Source: Macrostomum lignano (taxonomy: Eukaryota). Taken from it: a stretch of DNA of 64,000 nt. Both the position numbers and the translations under genes were made by a program. Of this stretch, positions 54,686-64,000 are shown piece after piece; position 1 is the stretch's first letter; the number at the start of each line of letters is the position of its first letter. The stretch lies in the NCBI GenBank assembly GCA_002269645.1, contig NIVC01000073.1, positions 372,001-436,000 of the forward strand, read 5' to 3'. The notes below the pieces were generated by a model, which saw only the letters and a list, made by a program, of their open reading frames with translations, was not told where the DNA came from and did not search any database.

Positions 54686-55329
54686 CTCTTTTATTCCTAA
54701 ATTAAATACAAACTAAATTAAAGCAATCAAAGATCAGTAGTATCAGTGTTTTCTATTTTATTATTTAACTAACAAATTCTTTTGCCTAGCAGAGTGACAT
54801 ATGGGTATTTAGTAGTACAATAATCATATAACTATTGGAAAATTGCCACTTCTAATAATTAAAAAAACAGTTATAAATTATATATAGATTCTTAAGGTGG
54901 GCAAAAAACAACTAACAGGTGCACATGTATTCTACTTAACTTACGAAATAAGTATGATGAAACTAAAAGTGAAACAAAATTAACTCTAACAGTTAGAGAA
55001 ACAAAACAGTTCTTCGGTACTTGCAGTAAGCCACGCATAACTTTAATGAAATTTATTATGTTTGCAGGCAGAAGTTTAGCAAAACTAAATAAAGATTTAA
55101 GCTGGGAAAAGCACACCGGAAAACACTCTGAAATCTCCTTTTTGTAATACACTAGCTTTTATTTGAAAGAAAAATAAACACATACACTTCTTTTGGTTTC
55201 GGATTCCGTCATCATCAAGTGAAAGCTACTGGTTTATACGATGCATCGTTTTTTAATTCGAGTGCTCACATTGAGTAACATTAATTAGTTTGACTATACT
55301 GTTTTACATTGCCATAATTGATTTAATGT

Positions 55330-56035
55330 GAAGTGTGAGGGTGCTGGGGTGAGTACACTGAGGAAGGATGGGCGGGTGCTGGGGTGTGTACAGTGAGGGA
55401 GGATGGGTGGGTGCTGCGGTGTGTACACTGAGGAAGGATGGGCGGGTGCTGGGGTGAGTACACTGAGGAAGGATGGGCGGGTGCTGGGGTGTGTACAGTG
55501 AGGGAGGATGGGCGGGTGCTGGGGTGTGTACAGTGAGGAAGGATGGGCGGGTGCTGGGGTGTGTACAGTGAGGGAGGATGGGGTGGGTGCTGGGGTGAGT
55601 ACAGTGAGAGGATGGGGTGGGTGCTGGCGTGTGTACACTGAGGGAGGATAGGGTGGGTTTTGGGCTGAGTACACTGAGGGTAAATGGGTTGGGGCTGGGG
55701 AGAGTACACTGAGGGAGGATGGGGTGGGTGCTGGGGTGAGTACAGTGAGAGGATGGGGTGGGTGCTGGGGTGTGTACACTGAGGGAGGATGGGGTAGGTG
55801 CTGGGTTGTGTACAGTGAGGGAGGATGGGGTGGGTGCTGCGGTGTGTACCGTGAGGGAGGATGGGGTGGGTGCTGCGGTGTGTACCGTGAGGGAGGATGG
55901 GGTGGGTGCTGGGGTGTGTACACTGAGGGAGGATAGGGTGGGTTTTGGTCTGAGTACACCGAGGGAAATTGGGTTGGGGCTGGGGAGAGTACACTGAGGG
56001 AGGATGGGGTAGGGCTGGGTTGAGTACACCGAGGC
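55330..56035. repeat. G-rich minisatellite (GTACACTGAGGGAGGATGGGGTGGGTGCTGGGGT)
   Basis: Direct reading; explains the Pro/His-rich ORFs. Confidence 0.94.
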
Positions 56036-56828
56036 ACATTCGTAGAAGTGTGTAGAAGTCAAATTCTGATTTTTTAGCTACACTAACAAATTATTATAAC
56101 CTCATATTGTTAAGTAGAAGAATGAATTTTCTGAGTAGTAAAAAACATAGGAATATAGTAAGAAAATACGTTAAAAATTAATTAAAATCCAACAGCAGTA
56201 CCGCATTAAAGATTAAGGAAAAGCTACATACTATAAATAGAAGCCAGAAGGCTACTTTCAACAGGCCGGAATAGAATATATAAAGGAGCATACTTTTCTA
56301 CATACTACTTACACTACTATAATTAAAAACAATTTTGTCAAGCAATGGCACTATTTAACGCATTTTTTATTTAAACTTCCACGTTACTCATAGTACTGTA
56401 TTAACATTTCAAAAAGTTGAGATGGCTTCTATTATTATGACTTACCAACTATATTGAGCTACTGTGAGTAGTGAAAATCTGCCCAGTTTTTATCCAAAGA
56501 AGGAATTTGTTTCTTCGATAAACATTGAAGGCTGATTTATTTTATGCGGAAAATGCATTACTGAGATAGGAATTTTTCATTTCATCAGCACAAAAATGCA
56601 ATATAGTTTGTCATACCTTCTACTTTCAAGTATTAATTTTAGAATACGCATATCCTATTTTTTTAAATATTTTCTTTTTTTAATCATACTTAACTAGTCA
56701 GTGATCTTATCGAGCGCTGCGAGACAGATTCAAAAAAGACACAGTAGCTATTACTATCAGTAGCACTTTTGTCGGTTTTTAACATTGTTTGTAAAAAGAA
56801 GTATTTTTTAATTGCAAAAAATACTCGA

Positions 56829-59800
56829 TCAAGAGAACAGCTGCATAAGAGAGCTGCTGTAGGCCATCGGACGAACAGTCGGATGAGGAACGCAGTCGAA
56901 GCTGGTAAATTTTGGCGACAGATCTTTGCCGCCAGTCAGGGTGATGTAGGCACCTTTGTTGCCCATTGTGTCGCAATAGTTCGGCGCTGAGAATACCGTA
57001 ATACACCGACCGGAGTGAGCCACTTCATAGCCTTTCTCCTTCACTTCGTGACTGCGGACTATGTAGTCCAGGCCGTTGTTCTGCAGCGGAGAGGGGGCCA
57101 CAGGTTGCTCAACCAGTACAGTAGTGCATTATGCAGCTTTCCAATTATCTACGCTAATATATAGGAGCTCGTTTTAAATGAAGTGGAAAGGTTGATTCAC
57201 TTCAGGATCTAAGAGAGGAGGCCCATGCAGCAACTGAGGATCCGGAAGACAGGCTTGGCAACTGAGGATCTGGGAGGCTGGCCCAGCAACTGAGGATCTG
57301 GGAGGCTGAGCCAGAAACGGAGAATCTGGGAGGCTGGCCCAGAAACTGAGGATCTGGGAGGCTGGCCCAGCAACTGAGGATCTGGGAGGCTGGCCCAGAA
57401 ACTGAGGATCTGGGAGGCTGGCCCAGCAACTGAGGATTTGGGAGGCTGGCCCAGCAACTGAGGATCTGGGAGGCTGGCCCAGCAACTGAGGATCTGGGAG
57501 GCTGGCCCAGCAACTGAGAATCTGGGAGGCTGGCCCAGCAACTGAGGATCTGGGAGGCTGGCTCAGCAACTGAGGATCTGGGAGGCTGGCCCAGAAACTC
57601 AGAATCTGAGAGGCTGGCCCAGAAACGGAGAATCTGGGAGGCCGGTCCAGAAACTGACACTCTGGGAGGCGTTTATGGCTCACCTTGCAGAATCTTTCAG
57701 TCACATCCGGTCCAAACTGAACGGCTACGCCACGTTTAGAGGGCGCCCTGCCAGGAAGGTCCTGCGGATCGGACCAGAGCAGCTCGGACATCGGGCCCGA
57801 GTCCGGGATATCCATGTTGCGGTCGATCTTACGAATATCCTCCAAAGTGACATCGTCGGCTGAGAAAATCGGGGAGAAGGGCATGCAAAAAATATCGGTG
57901 TTTTTAATCGCAAGTCTTTCATTGGGGAAACCTGGTGCTGGCGTCCCCTCAAATGAAATGGCGTTCATTTTTTAATAATACATGCACAGAGGCAACAGTA
58001 TCGCCAAATACAGCACTTACAAGAGAACAGTCCACCATGCATGACAAGAATCCGACCGTCAATCAAATGAGCCAACGGCAACAAGTTGAAGACCTCCCGA
58101 AACAGTTGCACCATTTTGTCGGCATATTTGGCCTTCACCTCGCCTTCGAAGCCGTAAATCTTGTTCATGTACTCAGATTCGTGATTACCCCTGGCTAAGA
58201 AGAATGATTTAGGATACAACAGCTTCAGGGAGAACAGCGTGAAGATGCACTCAACAGAGAAGCTGCCGCGATCGACAAAGTCGCCATTGAAAAGGTAGGG
58301 ATTGGTCTCCGAGGGTAGGCCGTTGAGCTCGAAGATGTTGAGCAAATCGAAGAACTGACCATGCACGTCGCCGCAGATTGTGAATTTTGTGCCTTCGGGC
58401 ACCGCGACGTCAACTAGAGTGGCTTCTGCTGATAGTAGGGCCTGGGTAATTGGGGCCGGTTAGTAAGAGTGCATTGAGCTAGCACTATATATAAAAATAT
58501 AATAAAATTGATAACAGAATGTGCTACAGATCGTGCTAAAACACACAGGGGGGGGGGGTAATGTGCTAGTCTTAATACTAAAATACACAGGGAGGCTACT
58601 GCGCTAGTCCATATACTAAAATACACAGGGGGCTAATGTGCTAGTCCATATACTAAAATACACAGGGGGCTAATGTGCTAGGCCAAATACTTGAACACAC
58701 AGGGGGCTAATGCGCTAGTCCAAATACTTGAACACACAGGGGGCTAATGTGCTAGTCCAAATACTAAAATACACAGGGAGCTAATGTGCTAGTCTAAATA
58801 CTAAAATACACAGGGGGCTAATGTGCTCGTCCAAATACTAAAGCACACAGGGGGCTAATGTGCTAGTCCATATACTAAAATACACAGGGGGCTAATGTGC
58901 TAGTCTTAATACTAAAATACACAGGGGGCTAATGTGCTAGTCCATATACTAAAATACACAGGGAGGCTACTGCGCTAGTCCATATACTAAAATACACAGG
59001 GGGCTAATGTGCTAGTCCATATACTAAAATACACAGGGGGCTAATGTGCTAGTCCATATACTAAAATACACAGGGGGCTAATGTGCTAGTCCATATACTA
59101 AAATACACAGGGAGGCTACTGCGCTAGTCCATATACTAAAATACACAGGGGGCTAATGTGCTAGTCCATATACTAAAATACACAGGGGGCTAATGTGCTA
59201 GTCCATATACTAAAATACACAGGGGGCTAATGTGCTAGTCCATATACTAAAATACACAGGGGGCTAATGTGCTAGTCCATATACTAAAATACACAGGGGG
59301 CTAATGTGCTAGTCCATATACTAAAATACACAGGGGGCTAATGCGCTAGTCCATATACTAAAATACACAGGGGGCTAATGTGCTAGTCCATATACTAAAA
59401 TACACAGGGGGCTAATGTGCTAGTCCATATACTAAAATACACAGGGAGCTAATGTGCTAGTCCATATACTAAAATACACAGGGGGCTAATGTGCTAGTCC
59501 ATATACTAAAATACACAGGGGGCTAATGTGCTAGTCCATATACTAAAATACACAGGGGGCTAATGTGCTAGTCCATATACTAAAATACACAGGGAGCTAA
59601 TGTGCTAGTCCATATACTAAAATACACAGGGAGCTAATGTGCTAGTCCATATACTAAAATACACAGGGGGCTAATGTGCTAGTCCATATACTAAAATACA
59701 CAGGGAGCTAATGTGCTAGTCTAAATACTAAAATACACAGGGGGCTAATGTGCTAGTCCATATACTAAAATACACAGGGAGCTAATGTGCTAGTCCATAT

Positions 59801-62800
59801 ACTAAAATACACAGGGAGCTAATGTGCTAGTCCATATACTAAAATACACAGGGGCTACTGCGCTAGTCCATATACTAAAATACACAGGGAGCTAATGTGC
59901 TAGTCCATATACTAAAATACACAGGGAGCTAATGTGCTAGTCCATATACTAAAATACACAGGGGGCTAATGTGCTAGTCCATATACTAAAATACACAGGG
60001 AGCTAATGTGCTAGTCCATATACTAAAATACACAGGGAGCTAATGTGCTAGTCTAAATACTAAAATACACAGGGGGCTAATGTGCTAGTCCATATACTAA
60101 AATACACAGGGAGCTAATGTGCTAGTCCATATACTAAAATACACAGGGGGCTAATGTGCTAGTCCATATACTAAAATACACAGGGAGCTAATGTGCTAGT
60201 CCATATACTAAAATACACAGGGAGCTAATGTGCTAGTCCATATACTAAAATACACAGGGAGCTAATGTGCTAGTCCATATACTAAAATACACAGGGGGCT
60301 AATGTGCTAGTCCATATACTAAAATACACAGGGAGCTAATGTGCTAGTCCATATACTAAAATACACAGGGAGCTAATGTGCTAGTCCATATACTAAAATA
60401 CACAGGGGGCTAATGTGCTAGTCCATATACTAAAATACACAGGGAGCTAATGTGCTAGTCCATATACTAAAATACACAGGGAGCTAATGTGCTAGTCCAT
60501 ATACTAAAATACACAGGGGCTACTGCGCTAGTCCATATACTAAAATACACAGGGAGCTAATGTGCTAGTCCATATACTAAAATACACAGGGGCTAATGTG
60601 CTAGTCCATATACTAAAATACACAGGGGGCTAATGTGCTAGTCCATATACTAAAATACACAGGGAGCTAATGTGCTAGTCCATATACTAAAATACACAGG
60701 GGGCTAATGTGCTAGTCCATATACTAAAATACACAGGGAGCTAATGTGCTAGTCCATATACTAAAATACACAGGGAGCTAATGTGCTAGTCCATATACTA
60801 AAATACACAGGGGCTACTGCGCTAGTCCATATACTAAAATACACAGGGAGCTAATGTGCTAGTCCATATACTAAAATACACAGGGGGCTAATGTGCTAGT
60901 CCATATACTAAAATACACAGGGGGCTAATGTGCTAGTCCATATACTAAAATACACAGGGAGCTAATGTGCTAGTCCATATACTAAAATACACAGGGAGCT
61001 AATGTGCTAGTCCATATACTAAAATACACAGGGAGCTAATGTGCTAGTCCATATACTAAAATACACAGGGAGCTAATGTGCTAGTCTAAATACTAAAATA
61101 CACAGGGAGCTAATGTGCTAGTCTAAATACTAAAATACACAGGGGCTACTGCGCTAGTCCATATACTAAAATACACAGGGGGGGGGCTAATGTGCTAGGC
61201 CAAATACTTGAACACACAGGGGGCTAATGCGCTAGTCCAAATACTAAAATACACAGGGAGCTAATGTGCTAGTCTAAATACTAAAATACACAGGGAGCTA
61301 ATGTGCTAGTCTAAATACTAAAATACACAGGGGCTACTGCGCTAGTCCATATACTAACATACACAGGGGCGTTACTTCGCTAGGACAATTACGGTTAACA
61401 GGTGTAGAGAAGGTAAGCCTCCAAGGCTCAGAGAGTCTACATGCCTGACCGATTAGAAAGTCAGGGCAGCTGTACACCCTCTGTGTACGAGTGTGTGCCT
61501 GCGTACAGGATTGCCTTAGTACTGTTTGTGCAAGACGCAGTCGCCGAAGGCTTTGCACCAGGGTGTCCGCAAACCTGCTGCTGCTGCGATTATATCAGAT
61601 AGTTTTTTATCTGATAGATAGTTAATGAACGCTGCTCACCTTCATATCGACAAGTATCTGATAGGCGTAGCGCCGATGCAGCACCTTGGATTTCTTATAA
61701 TAGTCAAGCAGTTGGGTTACGAACTCTCGCGTCACTTTATTGCCTTCCTCCGATAGTTTGGGCCCGTCGTAGCTGTCTTCGATGGTCATTGATTGCAGCG
61801 ACTGGCTAATCTCGTCGCACGGGCTTACCTGGGAGATTTTAATTAAGAAGGGAAGATTGTAGTTTTAATTAAGACATATATTAACATTAATTAATACGTG
61901 GATTAATCAAGACTATAGCAGCATTCAGCTGTTTGCATGCTCCATAGGATACAAAGAACGGAATGAAATTATTAATAAAAAAATGAAGGTATCATTACTA
62001 TTATAGGCACACAGATTAGCAGAGACGGTAGTTAGAGAACGTACATAAAAGAGTTCCGATCTCGACCCTGTTCTATCAGTTATTAAAATACTTTTAAAAA
62101 GCTACTGGCAAAACCTGCTGTTAGTGAGATTACTCAGATTTGAAACCAGTCACTCCTATATGATGTCACTTCCGAATGGTCTATCACAACTAATTAATCT
62201 GTAATTCATTCATCCCTCATATTTAATTGATTTGTTACATTAAATTCATTTTTAACACCCAACTGATTTGTTAAATCAAATTAATCTGTCACACCAAATT
62301 GATTTATCTGTCACACCCAGTTCATCTATCACACCAAATTGATTTTATCTGTCACACCCAATTGATCTGTCGCACCAAATTAATGTCACATTAAATGAAT
62401 TAATTTTTGACACAAAATAATCCATCACACCAAATAAATTGATCGTCACACTGTAAACTGTCTGCTTAACTTGCAGTGCTGGTGGATCTAAGCTGAACGG
62501 CACTTTTATTAATTGTTATATTCGAGTCAATCTGTACCCCAGAGCAGACAACTCACCCTCTTCTCTTCGTAAGCAATAGCTTTCTCGAACGCTTTCTGTT
62601 GCACAATCTTCTTACACTCGGTATACTTGGCTTTAGCATCCGAATCGCCAGGCCGGCGCCTGTGCACCTGTTCAAAATCGGTAAGGGCCAATTTAAATTT
62701 GCCCAAAGCCATATTAGCCGAAGCGCGCCGATAATAGGCTTTGATATAGGACTGGTCGAGTGCGATAGCTCGGCTAGCGTCGGACAGGGCGTAGCCAAAG

Positions 62801-63030
62801 CACTCGGTTCTCAAGTAGGCAAAGCTTCTATTAGCATAGTAAATGGCGGATTTATCGTACAAATCGATAGCCTTGCTGTACAAATCGATAGCTTGATCGT
62901 AATGGCCCAAGTTGAAGGCTGAGTTGGCTTCAGTTTTAAATTGATCAGCCTCTGGCGGAGGCGAGGTCGGCCCCATCAGGGCGGTGGAAGTCGGAGACGC
63001 GACCGGAGCTTCGGACTCTGTTGATGTCAT
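56829..63030 (-). CDS. PPP5C: Serine/threonine protein phosphatase 5 (TPR + PPP catalytic domain), about 503 aa; complement(join(56829..57080,57684..57859,58021..58441,61640..61828,62557..63030))
   Basis: TPRs ([33 protein letters not shown]); linker [23 protein letters not shown]; GDVHGQ, GDFVDRG, RGNHE, HGGLF, SAPNYC; C-terminal [10 protein letters not shown]. Junctions are in phase. The start Met at 63030 is inferred; in-frame ATGs extend upstream to 63126. Confidence 0.97.
57225..57670. repeat. 28-bp minisatellite (GGAGGCTGGCCCAGCAACTGAGGATCTG) in PP5 intron 4
   Basis: Direct reading. Confidence 0.95.
58540..61370. repeat. 37-bp minisatellite (GGGGGCTAATGTGCTAGTCCATATACTAAAATACACA), about 75 copies, in PP5 intron 2
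   Basis: Direct reading. Confidence 0.98.
61405..61510 (+). mobile_element. Unclassified interspersed repeat copy in PP5 intron 2
   Basis: CCTCCAAGGCTCAGAGAGTCTACATGCCTGACCGATTAGAAAGTCAGGGCAGCTGTACACCCT matches 22140-22200. Confidence 0.65.
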
Positions 63031-63129
63031 TTTCTCACCTGAGGCTTGCTGGTTGTTTAATGCTATGGTTGTCGATGTTCGCATGAATGATGTAGAATAG
63101 TGCTTATAGGGAATCTGAAGATACACGTC

Positions 63130-63530
63130 TATCTATAGATGCTTCGATAGCGACTAGAGCTTTTTGAATGGTGAATCTATAGATGCTTGGATGGCAAATC
63201 TATAGACGATTACATAGCAAATCTAAAGATGCATGCTTGGATGGCGAATTTATAGATTATTAAATGGGGAATCTGCAAGTGCTTGGTAAATCTATGCTTA
63301 TAGAGTGAATCTATAGATGCCTTGATGGTGAATCTATATATGCGTATAGAGTAAATCTAGAGATGTTTGTGGAGTAAATCTATAGATGTTTATGGAGTAA
63401 ATATATAGATACCTATAGAGTAAATCTATAAATGTCTGGATCGTGAATCTACATATGCTTATAGAGTAAATCTAGAAATGTTTATGGAGTAAATCTATAG
63501 ATAGTAGTTATAGAGTGAATCTTTAGATGT
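63130..63530. repeat. Degenerate ~25-bp repeat (AATCTATAGATG...) upstream of PP5
   Basis: Direct reading. Confidence 0.8.
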
Positions 63531-64000
63531 TTATGAAACGAACACTTAAGGGAGTTTGTCTCGTATTATAACAAATAAAAAATAAAAAGCAGAACAAGGT
63601 GATAATCTGTTAGTTTACAAGTTCAAAGAAAATGTTTTTTTAAAGTTAAGCAGCGTTACCAGTTCAATCGCAGAAATATGTTTTATATGAATATACACGC
63701 AGGCAATAAAGCGAAAGCATTAGCAACAGTAATATTCTTGAAGAAGATTTTTTATCTCTCTTGTTTGTTGCGCTTCTTAGCAATGACCTTTTTTCGTCTA
63801 ACGGAAAAAGGAAAATGATAATATTGTTCCCATATATTTATATATATTTTTAAAAAGTAGGCCAATCTTTTAATCTTATTCCAGCTAATACAGCGGGCCT
63901 ATTCATAAGCAATATAAGAAACATATAAGAAGCAACCTAAAAAGAATTTGCTCTGTCTTAACTTTACTGTTCAAATATCTAAACAGAAAAATCGACTAGG

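Noticed and set aside
55294-56062. Pro/His/Thr-rich mucin- or extensin-like ORFs
   Set aside because: All three frames are open over a G-rich minisatellite, with no gene structure.

Overview
This is eukaryotic (animal) genomic DNA with GC-rich spliceosomal exons and introns filled with locus-specific minisatellites. The pattern resembles a free-living flatworm such as Macrostomum, but that is inference and is not proven here. I could splice together by hand seven protein-coding genes with consistent intron phases. (1) A 5'-partial NHL-repeat beta-propeller gene (+) with an apparent 1-nt frameshift and a poly-Q tail exon. (2) A 5-exon orphan gene (-) encoding a C-terminal Cys4 zinc ribbon. (3) LETM1 (+). 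(4, 5) Two tandem, paralogous 3-exon secreted neuropeptide-precursor genes (+; 23.9-28.9 kb and 41.8-45.3 kb), which the ORF track misses or fragments. They encode 44-aa and 31-aa C-terminally amidated peptides sharing KR-LSSDHR(I/L)AD(M/L)L...GQYGI(N/D)L(K/Q)Ax-G-R(R/K); from memory this resembles the invertebrate PTH-like/PXXXamide family. (6) A divergent CHK1-like kinase (-). (7) PP5/PPP5C (-). Mobile DNA includes an internally deleted Crypton-type tyrosine-recombinase element inside a neuropeptide intron, a satellite-carrying non-autonomous Helitron-like element, two tRNA-derived SINEs, an RTE-like LINE fragment, a foldback/MITE and a 45-bp minisatellite present at three loci. No CRISPR array, rRNA or functional tRNA gene is supported. 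The neuropeptide gene pair is the most notable finding.
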